Shown one piece after another: positions 1 to 19,466 of a DNA stretch of 64,000 bases (position 1 is its first letter; each line of letters begins with the position of its first letter). Source of the stretch: Escherichia coli (GTDB lineage: Bacteria; Pseudomonadota; Gammaproteobacteria; Enterobacterales; Enterobacteriaceae); assembly GCF_048403405.1 (NCBI RefSeq), contig NZ_CP183129.1; one strand, given 5' to 3'. Under the pieces are notes generated by a model, which was not told the DNA's origin, did no database searches, and worked only from the letters and a program-made list of their open reading frames with translations. Position numbers and translations under genes: made by a program.

Positions 1-376
1 CCTTTGCCGGGAATTTTATCGGATGGTCGCGGCTTTCACCCTGCGGGAAGTAACCGTTGATCACGGTGACATTACCCAGCGGTGAGGGGATTTCCGCCAT
101 AATAATCCGCCGCTGCGCCTCTTCGTCGTCACCGGGAAAACCGCGACGCACGGCAATCGGCGTCTCTTTGGTCAGCAGCGCCACGCCATAATGGCCTTTC
201 TGCCCGTGATAAAACACGTTGTAGCCGAGCTTCGCCACCTCTTCGAGTGGAAACATATCGTCATGAACTTTTGTCTCCTGCAGGCCAATCACATCCGGCT
301 GGTGCTTTTCGACGATGGCTTCAAGCTGGTGAGGTCTGGCGCGCAGGCCGTTGATATTAAAAGAGACAAATTTCAT
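1..376 (-). CDS. xthA: Exonuclease III, N-terminal 125 codons; rest of the gene lies beyond the window edge
   Basis: Minus-strand translation from ATG (complement 374-376) gives [40 protein letters not shown]..., recognisable as exonuclease III; divergent from astC as expected. Confidence 0.85.
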   Translation of the reverse strand, partial: MKFVSFNINGLRARPHQLEAIVEKHQPDVIGLQETKVHDDMFPLEEVAKLGYNVFYHGQKGHYGVALLTKETPIAVRRGFPGDDEEAQRRIIMAEIPSPLGNVTVINGYFPQGESRDHPIKFPAK

Positions 377-733
377 AGTCGCTGCCATTTATTCAGATAA
401 AGAGTGCGTGGATGGTAGCAGAATTTCGCTTTGCTTACCGCCTGTTGTTAAGTGATTTGATCGATGGTTGTTAATGATGTCAACGATGGCGCAAAAAATG
501 CCCGCTTTTGGTGCGCGCTGCGTCAGAATGGCGCAGTAATTTCCAGTAAATTTCGTCAATGATCACAATTCCAGAATTATATTTTACTTCTGCATAACAT
601 TGCGTTTTTTATTCTTTTTATTCACCCATATCGCAAACGTATTCACTTTATATGCACTTTAAATGCATATGGTTTGGTTATAACTCCTTGATTTCCAGTT
701 AGCCACCGCGGTTTATGCACTTTTATCACTGGC

Positions 734-749
734 TGGCACGAACCCTGCA
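734..749 (+). promoter_or_regulatory. sigma-54 type promoter (-24 GG / -12 GC) upstream of astC
   Basis: TGGCACgaaccCTGCA fits the TGGCAC-N5-TTGCA consensus about 75 nt upstream of the astC ATG; the ast operon is known to be nitrogen (NtrC/sigma-54) controlled. Confidence 0.55.
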
Positions 750-785
750 ATCTACATTTACAGCGCAAACATTACTTATTATTAA

Positions 786-6849
<6,064 letters not shown>

Positions 6850-6855
6850 TACTTA

Positions 6856-6885
6856 CCCGCAGAAATCATTCTGCGGGTATTAAGT
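6856..6885 (+). terminator. Putative intrinsic terminator after astE
   Basis: Inverted repeat cccgcagaa-atca-ttctgcggg just after the astE stop, followed by a U-containing stretch. Confidence 0.5.
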
Positions 6886-7093
6886 TACTTTCTTATAAAT
6901 TAATACAGATTAATCCTGGTTATTTGCTTTATTAATCACCAGTCATCCGGTATAGTTCTTCATAATCTCTGCAAAATCATCGTGTTGTAATATTCTCTCA
7001 TTACTCTCCATCAAATTTTCTTTTTTTCTCCATAATTGGCGCAAAAGTGTTTTTTACACTTTCATTGTTTTACCGTTGCTCTGATTAATTGAC

Positions 7094-7109
7094 GCTAAAG
7101 TCAGTAAAG
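7094..7109 (+). promoter_or_regulatory. Possible CpxR-type direct repeat in the spy promoter region
   Basis: cTAAAgtcaGTAAAg resembles the GTAAA-N5-GTAAA motif but the spacing is one nt short; spy is a known Cpx/Bae envelope-stress target. Confidence 0.3.
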
Positions 7110-7178
7110 TTAATCTCGTCAACACGGCACGCTACTTAAGAAAGCCGTAATAAATAACTGAAAGGAAGGATATAGAAT

Positions 7179-7664
7179 ATGCGTAAATTAACTGCACTGT
7201 TTGTTGCCTCTACCCTGGCTCTTGGCGCGGCTAACCTGGCCCATGCCGCAGACACCACTACCTCAGCACCGGCTGACGCGAAGCCGATGATGCACCACAA
7301 AGGCAAGTTCGGTCCGCATCAGGACATGATGTTCAAAGACCTGAACCTGACCGACGCGCAGAAACAGCAGATCCGCGAAATCATGAAAGGCCAGCGTGAC
7401 CAGATGAAACGTCCGCCGCTGGAAGAACGCCGCGCAATGCATGACATCATTGCCAGCGATACCTTCGATAAAGCAAAAGCTGAAGCGCAGATCGCAAAAA
7501 TGGAAGAACAGCGCAAAGCTAACATGCTGGCGCACATGGAAACCCAGAACAAGATTTACAACATCCTGACGCCGGAACAGAAAAAGCAATTTAATGCTAA
7601 TTTTGAGAAGCGTCTGACAGAACGTCCAGCGGCAAAAGGTAAAATGCCTGCAACTGCTGAATAA
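7179..7664 (+). CDS. spy: Periplasmic ATP-independent chaperone Spy
   Basis: 161-aa ORF with N-terminal signal peptide (MRKLTALFVASTLALGAANLAHA) and charged helical body. Confidence 0.95.
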   Translation: MRKLTALFVASTLALGAANLAHAADTTTSAPADAKPMMHHKGKFGPHQDMMFKDLNLTDAQKQQIREIMKGQRDQMKRPPLEERRAMHDIIASDTFDKAKAEAQIAKMEEQRKANMLAHMETQNKIYNILTPEQKKQFNANFEKRLTERPAAKGKMPATAE

Positions 7665-7685
7665 TCTTTCAGCCAAAAAACTTAA

Positions 7686-7750
7686 GACCGCCGGTCTTGT
7701 CCACTACCTTGCAGTAATGCGGTGGACAGGATCGGCGGTTTTCTTTTTTG
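7686..7750 (+). terminator. Extended intrinsic terminator after spy
   Basis: Nested inverted repeats (gaccgccgg...gtccac...gtggac...cggcggt) followed by ttttctttttt. Confidence 0.7.
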
Positions 7751-7788
7751 TTCTCAAACAGATGCAAAAAAAGCCTGATCGCCACTAA

Positions 7789-9289
<1,501 letters not shown>

Positions 9290-9304
9290 TGTTGACTCCG
9301 AATG

Positions 9305-9320
9305 CTGGTTATCTATCCAG
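9305..9320 (-). promoter_or_regulatory. Candidate LexA (SOS) box upstream of cho
   Basis: ctgGTTATCTATCcag matches CTG-N10-CAG, 16 nt upstream of the cho start; cho is a known SOS gene. Confidence 0.5.
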
Positions 9321-9440
9321 TGTAACAGGCGGGGAGCGATTAAAAAAGAGGCGGGTCGATGACAAAGGTTACACCGTGAGACGTGCTACGCCTGTCAGTC
9401 CTATTCGACTCATGCAATATATTGAATTTGCCTAGTTTTG

Positions 9441-9480
9441 TGGGGCGAATAAGGCGTTCACGCCGCATCCGGCGTGAACA
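9441..9480. repeat. REP-type (repetitive extragenic palindromic) element between cho and nadE
   Basis: ggcgaataaggcgttcacgccgcatccggcgtgaac; characteristic GCCGGATG-type palindrome. Confidence 0.6.
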
Positions 9481-9518
9481 AAGTACTCTTTTTCGCACAA
9501 ACCAATATGTGCAAATTA

Positions 9519-10346
9519 TTACTTTTTCCAGAAATCATCGAAAACGGTAATTGGCGGACGGCGTTTATGTTCGGTTTTCAGATACCAGTTCTCTATTGTT
9601 CTGGCGACCTGTTCAGGTAGGTTTTTCCCTTCCAGATAGTCGTCGATATTGTCATAGGTCACGCCGAGTGCCACTTCATCTGGCAGAGAAGGGCGATCAT
9701 CTTCCAGATCGGCCGTTGGGGCTTTCTTATAAAGGTGTTCCGGGCAACCTAATGCCGCCAGTAACTGTTTACCCTGGCGTTTGTTGAGACGATACAGCGG
9801 ATTAATGTCCGTACCGCCGTCACCATATTTAGTGAAGAATCCGGTAATGGCTTCTGCTGCATGATCGGTGCCCACCACGACACCGCTGGTCATACCCGCA
9901 ATGCTATATTGTGCTTTCATCCGCTCACGCGCTTTTTCATTGCCACGGACAAAATCGCTCAGTTCAATGCCTGCTTCCCGCAATGCCTGCTCGCTAGCCA
10001 ATACCGCGCCCTTGATATTAACGGTTAATACGCGATCCGGTTGAATAAAGGCAATGGCATCCTGGCAATCTTGTTCGTCGGCCTGAACACCATAGGGCAG
10101 GCGTACGGCAATAAATTGCAGTGATTCGTTGCCGGTCTCCTGGCGCAGCTCATTAATCGTCATCTGGCACAGCTTTCCGGCAAGCGTGGAGTCCTGACCG
10201 CCGCTGATCCCGAGCACCAATGATTTAATGAACGGATAAGTTTGCAGGTAGCTTTTCAGAAAATCGACACTACGACGAATTTCCTCTTCAGCATTAATCT
10301 GCGGTTTTGCGCCCAGCGCCTTTATTATTTGTTGTTGCAATGTCAT
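9519..10346 (-). CDS. nadE: NH3-dependent NAD+ synthetase
   Basis: 275-aa ORF with PP-loop motif (SGGQDS). Confidence 0.95.
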   Translation of the reverse strand: MTLQQQIIKALGAKPQINAEEEIRRSVDFLKSYLQTYPFIKSLVLGISGGQDSTLAGKLCQMTINELRQETGNESLQFIAVRLPYGVQADEQDCQDAIAFIQPDRVLTVNIKGAVLASEQALREAGIELSDFVRGNEKARERMKAQYSIAGMTSGVVVGTDHAAEAITGFFTKYGDGGTDINPLYRLNKRQGKQLLAALGCPEHLYKKAPTADLEDDRPSLPDEVALGVTYDNIDDYLEGKNLPEQVARTIENWYLKTEHKRRPPITVFDDFWKK

Positions 10347-10547
10347 TGAACCCCTCCAGACAGAAAAGACAAAACTTCCTTAAAGCTAACCCGTTGCTAC
10401 TGAAACGACAAGCGACAGCGGGCTGAATGGTGGTTAAAACGTCATACAGGAATCCTCTGAAAGCGGAGCCGTTTCGTTCACGGGCTTGAAAAAGCGCCCA
10501 ATGTATTCCAGGCTTATCTAACACGCTGATAAACAAGAGGACGGAAT

Positions 10548-10886
10548 ATGAACAAGAATATGGCAGGAATTCTGAGTGCAGCGGCGGTATTAACCATGCT
10601 GGCGGGTTGTACGGCTTATGATCGTACCAAAGACCAGTTTGTACAGCCTGTGGTGAAAGACGTCAAAAAAGGCATGAGCCGGGCGCAGGTTGCACAAATT
10701 GCAGGTAAACCTTCGTCTGAAGTGAGCATGATCCATGCTCGTGGTACTTGCCAGACCTACATCCTGGGTCAACGTGATGGTAAAGCAGAAACCTACTTTG
10801 TCGCGTTAGATGATACCGGGCATGTCATCAACTCCGGTTATCAGACCTGTGCTGAATACGACACTGATCCACAGGCTGCGAAGTAA
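10548..10886 (+). CDS. osmE: Osmotically inducible lipoprotein OsmE
   Basis: 112-aa ORF with lipoprotein signal (LAGC). Confidence 0.9.
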
Positions 10887-10916
10887 TCACTTCGCCTGAA
10901 AGCTTGAGTTACAACG

Positions 10917-10947
10917 GAAACCGGCCATTGCGCCGGTTTTTTTTGGC
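10917..10947 (+). terminator. Intrinsic terminator after osmE
   Basis: aaaccggccattgcgccggtttttttt hairpin plus U-run. Confidence 0.7.
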
Positions 10948-11184
10948 CTGAGTTCTTAATTATCTTCGCGAATTATTTGCCCGAAATGTGAAGAGGGTCA
11001 TAACCGCAGGTCAAGGAGAGACAATTTATAAGGTCAAAGAAATACTATTGCTCAGGTCTATACCGTATACTCCTTTCAGCCACAAAAAAAGTCATGTTGG
11101 TTTCGCAAGTTACCCAGAGCATGGAAGCAGGTTAAGGCTTGCGGAGTGTCTGGCTGACAGATAATCGTCGATGAGGGCAGTTTT

Positions 11185-11505
11185 ATGGAAAAGAAACACA
11201 TTTATCTGTTTTGTTCTGCGGGCATGTCTACCTCTTTACTGGTATCAAAAATGCGCGCACAGGCAGAAAAATATGAAGTTCCGGTCATTATTGAAGCATT
11301 TCCGGAAACACTGGCTGGTGAAAAAGGTCAGAATGCCGATGTCGTGTTATTAGGGCCGCAGATTGCTTATATGTTGCCCGAAATCCAGCGTTTGTTACCC
11401 AACAAACCGGTTGAAGTAATTGACTCGCTGCTTTATGGCAAAGTCGATGGTTTAGGCGTGCTTAAGGCTGCGGTTGCAGCGATTAAAAAAGCCGCAGCAA
11501 ATTAA
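11185..11505 (+). CDS. chbB: PTS chitobiose-specific EIIB component
   Basis: 106-aa ORF; first gene of the chbBCARFG arrangement. Confidence 0.9.
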   Translation: MEKKHIYLFCSAGMSTSLLVSKMRAQAEKYEVPVIIEAFPETLAGEKGQNADVVLLGPQIAYMLPEIQRLLPNKPVEVIDSLLYGKVDGLGVLKAAVAAIKKAAAN

Positions 11506-11518
11506 TTTATTTTAAATT

Positions 11519-11535
11519 TTCCCGTCAAAGAGTTA
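11519..11535 (+). promoter_or_regulatory. ChiX sRNA pairing site in the chbB-chbC intergenic region
   Basis: cccgtcaaagag is complementary to the ChiX segment CUCUUUGACGGG (recalled from memory); the chbBC spacer is a described ChiX target/decoy. Confidence 0.55.
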
Positions 11536-11589
11536 TTTCATAAATCAATACCGCAATATTTAAATTGCGGTTTTTAAGGGTATTTTTCT

Positions 11590-12948
11590 ATGAGTAATGT
11601 TATTGCATCGCTTGAAAAGGTACTCCTCCCTTTTGCAGTTAAAATAGGAAAGCAGCCACACGTTAATGCAATCAAAAATGGCTTTATTCGCTTAATGCCG
11701 TTAACCCTTGCGGGGGCCATGTTTGTATTAATTAACAACGTTTTTCTAAGCTTTGGGGAGGGGTCGTTTTTTTATTCCTTAGGTATTCGCCTGGATGCCT
11801 CAACCATTGAAACACTTAATGGTCTGAAAGGTATTGGCGGCAACGTATATAACGGAACATTAGGGATAATGTCTTTAATGGCACCGTTCTTTATTGGCAT
11901 GGCGCTGGCAGAAGAGCGTAAAGTCGATGCGCTGGCGGCTGGGTTGTTATCCGTTGCAGCATTTATGACCGTCACCCCATATAGTGTCGGTGAGGCCTAT
12001 GCGGTTGGCGCAAACTGGTTAGGTGGGGCGAATATCATCTCCGGGATTATTATTGGCCTGGTGGTGGCAGAAATGTTTACCTTTATTGTCCGCCGCAATT
12101 GGGTCATTAAATTGCCCGATAGCGTACCTGCTTCAGTATCGCGTTCCTTCTCGGCTTTAATTCCCGGCTTTATTATTCTTTCCGTGATGGGGATTATTGC
12201 CTGGGCGTTGAATACCTGGGGCACCAACTTCCATCAGATCATTATGGATACCATCTCAACCCCACTGGCATCGTTGGGTAGCGTGGTGGGCTGGGCCTAT
12301 GTGATCTTTGTTCCACTGCTCTGGTTCTTCGGTATTCATGGTGCGCTGGCGCTGACCGCACTGGACAACGGCATTATGACGCCTTGGGCGCTGGAAAATA
12401 TCGCGACCTATCAGCAATATGGTTCCGTCGAAGCGGCGCTGGCAGCCGGTAAGACCTTCCATATCTGGGCCAAGCCGATGCTGGACTCCTTTATTTTCCT
12501 CGGTGGCAGTGGTGCGACTTTAGGCCTGATCCTGGCTATCTTTATCGCCTCTCGCCGTGCTGATTATCGTCAGGTGGCAAAACTGGCGCTGCCGTCCGGC
12601 ATCTTCCAGATTAACGAACCGATTCTGTTTGGTCTGCCAATTATCATGAACCCGGTGATGTTTATCCCGTTTGTACTGGTACAACCGATTCTGGCGGCAA
12701 TCACCCTCGCAGCGTACTACATGGGCATTATTCCTCCGGTGACCAATATTGCACCGTGGACCATGCCAACCGGTCTGGGAGCCTTCTTTAATACCAACGG
12801 TAGCGTCGCCGCATTGCTGGTCGCACTCTTCAACCTTGGCATCGCAACGTTAATTTATCTGCCCTTTGTTGTGGTCGCTAACAAAGCACAAAATGCGATT
12901 GATAAAGAAGAGAGCGAAGAAGATATCGCTAACGCCCTGAAATTTTAA
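11590..12948 (+). CDS. chbC: PTS chitobiose-specific EIIC permease
   Basis: 452-aa polytopic membrane ORF. Confidence 0.9.
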
Positions 12949-12998
12949 TCGATGCCGGTACGGGTAATCGTGCCGGTAAGAAAAGAGAGGAACGATGT

Positions 12999-13349
12999 AT
13001 GATGGATCTCGATAACATTCCCGATACGCAAACGGAAGCTGAAGAGCTGGAAGAAGTGGTGATGGGGCTTATCATCAACTCCGGACAAGCGCGCAGCCTG
13101 GCGTATGCGGCACTGAAACAGGCGAAGCAGGGCGATTTTGCCGCAGCAAAAGCCATGATGGATCAGTCACGGATGGCATTGAATGAAGCGCATCTGGTAC
13201 AGACGAAACTGATTGAAGGCGATGCGGGTGAAGGTAAGATGAAAGTGAGTCTGGTGCTGGTCCACGCTCAGGATCATTTAATGACGTCCATGCTTGCGCG
13301 TGAACTGATTACTGAATTAATTGAGCTTCATGAAAAACTGAAGGCATAA
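12999..13349 (+). CDS. chbA: PTS chitobiose-specific EIIA component
   Basis: 116-aa ORF. Confidence 0.9.
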   Translation: MMDLDNIPDTQTEAEELEEVVMGLIINSGQARSLAYAALKQAKQGDFAAAKAMMDQSRMALNEAHLVQTKLIEGDAGEGKMKVSLVLVHAQDHLMTSMLARELITELIELHEKLKA

Positions 13350-13356
13350 GGAGTCG

Positions 13357-14199
13357 ATGATGCAGCCAGTGATTAACGCGCCGGAAATTGCTACTGCCCG
13401 AGAACAGCAGTTGTTTAATGGCAAAAACTTCCATGTGTTTATCTATAACAAAACTGAGAGTATCAGCGGACTGCATCAGCACGACTATTATGAATTTACT
13501 CTGGTATTAACCGGGCGTTATTTCCAGGAGATTAACGGTAAGCGCGTGTTACTGGAACGGGGCGATTTTGTTTTTATTCCGTTAGGTTCGCACCATCAAA
13601 GTTTTTATGAGTTTGGTGCCACGCGCATATTGAACGTTGGGATCAGTAAACGCTTTTTTGAGCAGCATTACCTGCCGTTGTTGCCTTATTGCTTTGTAGC
13701 TTCGCAGGTATACCGGACCAATAACGCTTTTCTCACCTATGTGGAAACAGTGATTTCTTCATTGAATTTCCGCGAAACAGGGCTGGAAGAGTTTGTTGAG
13801 ATGGTTACTTTTTATGTCATTAACCGTTTACGTCATTACCGCGAAGAACAGGTGATTGATGATGTACCGCAGTGGCTGAAAAGTACGGTAGAAAAGATGC
13901 ATGATAAAGAGCAGTTTAGTGAATCGGCGCTGGAGAATATGGTGACGTTGTCAGCCAAATCACAGGAATATTTGACGCGAGCGACTCAACGATATTATGG
14001 CAAAACACCAATGCAGATTATTAATGAGATTCGTATTAATTTTGCCAAAAAACAACTGGAAATGACCAACTATTCCGTGACGGATATTGCGTTTGAGGCC
14101 GGTTATAGTAGCCCGAGCTTGTTTATTAAAACGTTTAAAAAATTAACGTCCTTTACGCCTAAGAGCTATCGTAAGAAATTGACTGAATTTAATCAGTAA
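13357..14199 (+). CDS. chbR: AraC-family dual regulator of the chb operon
   Basis: 280-aa ORF with C-terminal AraC-type HTH. Confidence 0.9.
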   Translation: MMQPVINAPEIATAREQQLFNGKNFHVFIYNKTESISGLHQHDYYEFTLVLTGRYFQEINGKRVLLERGDFVFIPLGSHHQSFYEFGATRILNVGISKRFFEQHYLPLLPYCFVASQVYRTNNAFLTYVETVISSLNFRETGLEEFVEMVTFYVINRLRHYREEQVIDDVPQWLKSTVEKMHDKEQFSESALENMVTLSAKSQEYLTRATQRYYGKTPMQIINEIRINFAKKQLEMTNYSVTDIAFEAGYSSPSLFIKTFKKLTSFTPKSYRKKLTEFNQ

Positions 14200-14301
14200 G
14201 TCGTTATACCTGACAATTCACATATCTGTCCTGTTGCTGGATTATTTATGTCCGGGGGCAGATATGCCAGATATCAGTATTCTGTACTGAAGGGAGAAAT
14301 T

Positions 14302-15654
14302 ATGAGCCAGAAATTAAAAGTCGTCACTATTGGTGGCGGGAGCAGCTATACCCCGGAGTTACTGGAAGGATTTATTAAGCGTTATCACGAATTGCCGGTC
14401 AGCGAATTATGGCTGGTGGATGTCGAAGGTGGTAAAGCTAAACTGGATATTATTTTTGATCTCTGCCAACGGATGATTGATAACGCTGGCATCCCGATGA
14501 AGCTATATAAAACGCTGGATCGCCGCGAAGCATTGAAAGATGCTGATTTCGTTACTACCCAACTGCGCGTAGGCCAATTACCGGCGCGCGAACTGGATGA
14601 ACGTATTCCATTAAGTCATGGTTATCTTGGTCAGGAAACCAACGGCGCGGGCGGTCTGTTTAAAGGTCTGCGTACCATTCCGGTGATTTTTGACATCGTA
14701 AAAGATGTCGAAGAACTTTGTCCGAATGCATGGGTGATTAACTTCACTAACCCGGCGGGAATGGTCACTGAAGCCGTTTATCGTCATACCGGATTTAAAC
14801 GCTTTATCGGCGTGTGTAATATTCCGATCGGCATGAAGATGTTTATTCGCGATGTTCTGATGCTGAAAGACAGCGATGATTTATCTATCGATCTGTTCGG
14901 CCTCAACCATATGGTGTTCATTAAGGATGTGCTGGTAAATGGCAAATCTCGCTTTGCCGAATTACTTGATGGTGTGGCATCCGGGCAGTTAAAAGCATCT
15001 GGCGTTAAAAATATTTTCGATCTGCCATTTAGCGAAGGCTTAATTCGTTCTCTGAATCTGTTGCCGTGTTCTTATTTGCTTTATTACTTCAAGCAAAAAG
15101 AGATGCTGGCTATTGAAATGGGCGAATACTACAAAGGCGGCGCACGAGCACAGGTAGTACAGAAAGTCGAGAAACAACTTTTTGAGCTGTATAAAAACTC
15201 GGAGTTGAAAGTTAAGCCGAAAGAACTGGAACAGCGCGGTGGGGCTTATTACTCTGATGCAGCGTGCGAAGTGATCAACGCTATCTACAACGACAAGCAA
15301 GCTGAACATTACGTTAATATCCCGCATCATGGGCATATTGATAATATTCCGGCAGACTGGGCGGTAGAAATGACCTGTACGCTGGGGCGCGATGGCGCGA
15401 CGCCACATCCGCGCATTACGCATTTCGATGATAAAGTGATGGGGCTGATTCACACCATTAAAGGCTTCGAGATTGCTGCCAGCAACGCTGCACTTAGCGG
15501 AGAATTTAACGATGTGTTACTGGCGCTAAACCTTAGTCCGTTGGTGCATTCCGATCGCGATGCTGAGCTGCTGGCACGCGAGATGATTCTGGCGCACGAG
15601 AAATGGCTGCCAAATTTTGCCGACTGCATCGCAGAGCTTAAAAAAGCACATTAA
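14302..15654 (+). CDS. chbF: NAD/Mn-dependent 6-phospho-beta-glucosidase (family 4 glycosidase)
   Basis: I chose ATG 14302 (MSQKLKVVTIGGGSSYTPEL, Rossmann N-terminus, 450 aa) over the track start at 14248. Confidence 0.9.
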   Translation: MSQKLKVVTIGGGSSYTPELLEGFIKRYHELPVSELWLVDVEGGKAKLDIIFDLCQRMIDNAGIPMKLYKTLDRREALKDADFVTTQLRVGQLPARELDERIPLSHGYLGQETNGAGGLFKGLRTIPVIFDIVKDVEELCPNAWVINFTNPAGMVTEAVYRHTGFKRFIGVCNIPIGMKMFIRDVLMLKDSDDLSIDLFGLNHMVFIKDVLVNGKSRFAELLDGVASGQLKASGVKNIFDLPFSEGLIRSLNLLPCSYLLYYFKQKEMLAIEMGEYYKGGARAQVVQKVEKQLFELYKNSELKVKPKELEQRGGAYYSDAACEVINAIYNDKQAEHYVNIPHHGHIDNIPADWAVEMTCTLGRDGATPHPRITHFDDKVMGLIHTIKGFEIAASNAALSGEFNDVLLALNLSPLVHSDRDAELLAREMILAHEKWLPNFADCIAELKKAH

Positions 15655-16425
<771 letters not shown>

Positions 16426-16435
16426 GTAAGGTGGT

Positions 16436-16463
16436 AAGGTCACTCCCCAGGGGGCGTGACCTT
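16436..16463. terminator. Strong inverted repeat between the convergent chbG and katE 3' ends (putative bidirectional terminator)
   Basis: aaggtcac-tccccaggggg-c-gtgacctt; flanking U-runs are weak. Confidence 0.45.
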
Positions 16464-16471
16464 ATCCATAT

Positions 16472-18733
16472 TTACGCCGGAATTTTGTCAATCTTAGGAA
16501 TGCGTGACCACACGCGGTGTGCTGCCATCAGCGTTAACAGTTCATCCATAAAACTACCATCGGCGCTGTCAGCTTCCACAATCCCTTCTTCACCCTGGTC
16601 AGCGACCTTGATTGTTGCTTTAAACTTGCGCGCGTCTCCTGCCAGCGCAATCGGTTTAAGGTGTTTGTAGGCTTCCATCAGGTAGTAGTTGGCATCGCCG
16701 TTGTCAGCGATATCCGCGATATTGCCGCAAGGGACAATAACCGCATCGACCGTCAGCGAAGGCGCTCCGGCAAAGGTAGCAGCTATAGGCAGCACCGTAC
16801 CGTCATCCGCAGTCACTTCACCCATTCGGGAGTAGAGCAGTTTGGCATGAACGCCTTTGGCCTTCAGCGCCTTGAGAATGGTCATAAGGTCTGCCGATCT
16901 CACTTCATCATTAAGCAAAATCGCTACCACGCGACCTTTTACATCACCGTCAGGAATGGCGTACAGACTTAAGGATGGATCCTTTTTCAGACCGTTGACG
17001 TCCGGAGGCGGGGAGATATTCAGCTGGTCGTCAGTCAGTTCGATACCGAGATTTTTCGCCACCGCCTGGGCCAGAGTGAGATCAATATGCGCCAGCTGGT
17101 CAACAACGCGCTCACGAATATACGGCCGAACTACTTTGCTTAATTCAAAACTGAAACCATCGACAATATGGCGCTGCTCGAATGGCGTCTGACTTAGCCA
17201 GAACAGACGCGGATGGGAATAATATTCGCCAAACGATGGACTGCGCTCGCGAACTTTATTGCCTTCCACGCGTTCCTGGTATGATTCAAAACCGCCACGT
17301 TTCGGCCCCGGCGGTGTTTCGCGCGGCCAGTTATCGTTGATCGAGTTCGGTTCGTAATTCGCCGGGTTAGTGTCGATCCCCATACGATGCATGCCGTCAC
17401 GCTGGAAATTATGGTAAGGGCAGGTCGGGCGGTTAATCGGAATCTCATGGAAATTTGGTCCGCCAAGACGACTGATTTGTGTATCGGTATAAGAGAACAA
17501 ACGCCCCTGCAACAGCGGATCGTTGGTGAAATCCAGACCGGGGACAATATGCCCAGGATGGAAAGCCGCCTGTTCGTTTTCGGCAAAGAAGTTATCCGGG
17601 TTGCGATTGAGCACCATTTTGCCAACACGCTGAACGGGTACCAGTTCTTCCGGGATGAGTTTGGTTGGATCGAGAAGATCGAAGTCAAACTTGAATTCAT
17701 CTTCTTCAGGAATCAACTGGAAGCCCAGTTCGTATTCCGGAAAATCGCCTGCTTCGATGGCTTCCCACAACTCGCGGCGGTGGAAGTCCGGGTCACGTCC
17801 GGTTAGTTTTTGTGCTTCATCCCAAACGAGTGAGGCTTTACCTGCCAGTGGTTTCCAGTGGAAACGTACGAACGTTGCCTTCCCTTCGGCATTAATCAGG
17901 CGGAAGGTGTGAATACCGAAGCCTTCCATGGTGCGGTAACTGCGCGGTATACCGCGATCCGACATCGCCCACATCACGTTGTGCAGAGTTTCAGGTTGCA
18001 GAGAAACATAATCCCAGAAAGTATCGTGGGCGCTTTGCCCTTGTGGAATTGCCCAATGCGGTTCTGGTTTTACCGCATGAACAAAATCGGGGAATTTATG
18101 CGCATCCTGGATAAAGAAGATTGGCGTGTTATTGCCAACGAGGTCAAAAATACCCTCTTCGGTATAGAACTTGGTGGCAAAGCCACGGATATCACGCACG
18201 GTATCGGCAGAGCCAGCACCACCCTGAACGGTAGAGAAACGTACAAATACTGGGGTGATTTTGTTCGGATCTGAGAGGAAATCCGCTTTGGTGATATCGC
18301 TTAAGCTTTTATATGGCTGGAAATAACCGTGAGCGGCTGATCCGCGTGCATGAACAATACGTTCCGGGATGCGCTCATGGTCAAAGTGAGTGATTTTCTC
18401 GCGCAGAATAAAATCTTCCAGCAGCGTTGGACCACGGCTACCGGCACGCAGTGAGTTTTGATCATCGGCGATGCGCACGCCCTGATTAGTGGTCAGCGCA
18501 AAATTTTCACTGCCTTTGCGTACGTCTTCCAGAGAATTAAGTTTTTCGTTACGCGTATCAGGGGCTTTCAGGCTCCCAGGGGCGGTAGGTTGTGCACCTG
18601 GCGGTGTTGGTTCAGCCGCTGGACGATGAGATCCGTCTTCAGGTGCCAGTGAGTCCATCCCCGGTTTCGCTTCGCTGGAATCGTGTAGTGGTGACTGGTG
18701 CTGATGTGGGTTCTTTTCGTTATGTTGCGACAT
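16472..18733 (-). CDS. katE: Catalase HPII (large-subunit monofunctional catalase)
   Basis: 753-aa ORF with conserved catalase core. Confidence 0.95.
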   Translation of the reverse strand: MSQHNEKNPHQHQSPLHDSSEAKPGMDSLAPEDGSHRPAAEPTPPGAQPTAPGSLKAPDTRNEKLNSLEDVRKGSENFALTTNQGVRIADDQNSLRAGSRGPTLLEDFILREKITHFDHERIPERIVHARGSAAHGYFQPYKSLSDITKADFLSDPNKITPVFVRFSTVQGGAGSADTVRDIRGFATKFYTEEGIFDLVGNNTPIFFIQDAHKFPDFVHAVKPEPHWAIPQGQSAHDTFWDYVSLQPETLHNVMWAMSDRGIPRSYRTMEGFGIHTFRLINAEGKATFVRFHWKPLAGKASLVWDEAQKLTGRDPDFHRRELWEAIEAGDFPEYELGFQLIPEEDEFKFDFDLLDPTKLIPEELVPVQRVGKMVLNRNPDNFFAENEQAAFHPGHIVPGLDFTNDPLLQGRLFSYTDTQISRLGGPNFHEIPINRPTCPYHNFQRDGMHRMGIDTNPANYEPNSINDNWPRETPPGPKRGGFESYQERVEGNKVRERSPSFGEYYSHPRLFWLSQTPFEQRHIVDGFSFELSKVVRPYIRERVVDQLAHIDLTLAQAVAKNLGIELTDDQLNISPPPDVNGLKKDPSLSLYAIPDGDVKGRVVAILLNDEVRSADLMTILKALKAKGVHAKLLYSRMGEVTADDGTVLPIAATFAGAPSLTVDAVIVPCGNIADIADNGDANYYLMEAYKHLKPIALAGDARKFKATIKVADQGEEGIVEADSADGSFMDELLTLMAAHRVWSRIPKIDKIPA

Positions 18734-18936
18734 TGAACTCGTCTCCTTAATTTATTACTGAAAGGGCCGCTGTTTTGGTCAAAAAACCCTCTAACTATAG
18801 ACCATCAGCCAGATCCCGCTTCGGAGACTATTCTGGAAACGGTGTTATGAAATACACGCAAAGCGGGACGTACAGGGGCTAAATCGGCTAAACTACAGTT
18901 TTTCTGATTTTTAATATGCGTTTAGTGAAGCCAGTA

Positions 18937-19179
18937 ATGAAGAAACCGCTCCGTCAGCAAAACCGCCAGATTATTAGCTATATCCCACGCACGGAACCCG
19001 CGCCGCCAGAACATGCGATAAAGATGGATTCGTTTCGTGATGTCTGGATGCTGCGTGGCAAATATGTTGCGTTTGTACTGATGGGAGAGTCATTTCTGCG
19101 CTCACCGGCGTTTACTGTGCCTGAATCCGCCCAGCGTTGGGCAAATCAGATCCGCCAGGAAGGGGAACTGACTGAGTAA
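18937..19179 (+). CDS. cedA: Cell-division modulator CedA
   Basis: I chose ATG 18937 (MKKPLRQQNRQIISYIP..., 80 aa); an upstream in-frame ATG at 18916 is the alternative. Confidence 0.8.
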   Translation: MKKPLRQQNRQIISYIPRTEPAPPEHAIKMDSFRDVWMLRGKYVAFVLMGESFLRSPAFTVPESAQRWANQIRQEGELTE

Positions 19180-19466
19180 GGCTTAGGTACCTCCCGGTTT
19201 GGCCGGGAGTTACATGACCTGAAATTCTGTATTTCGTTGCTACATTCATTCAAACCACCTGTAACAAAAAGCTGCCTTTGACGATCTATTGCTATAAATA
19301 AGTGTTCTTTTTTCTTTAATTGTTTATTTATTTTATAATAGTTAAGTTTAGCTAATCAGAATGAGCTATTTTTGATAGTTCATCCTGTGGCGTTGTCATT
19401 AAACTTATATTGTAAATTGCTTAGATTCAAATGAGATAATAATTTTGTTGAAATATGAGGTGGGAG

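Noticed and set aside
14412-14419. Chi site (GCTGGTGG) inside chbF, and a reverse-orientation Chi at 21561-21568
   Set aside because: Chi octamers are expected at this frequency in E. coli; nothing unusual about their placement.
16661-18274. Several plus-strand ORFs (103-139 aa) lying inside katE on the opposite strand
   Set aside because: They are shadow ORFs antisense to a well-supported 753-aa catalase gene, with no independent start or RBS context.
19190-19215. Hairpin ctcccggtttggccgggag after cedA as an intrinsic terminator
   Set aside because: No U-run follows on either strand; the inverted repeat alone is insufficient.
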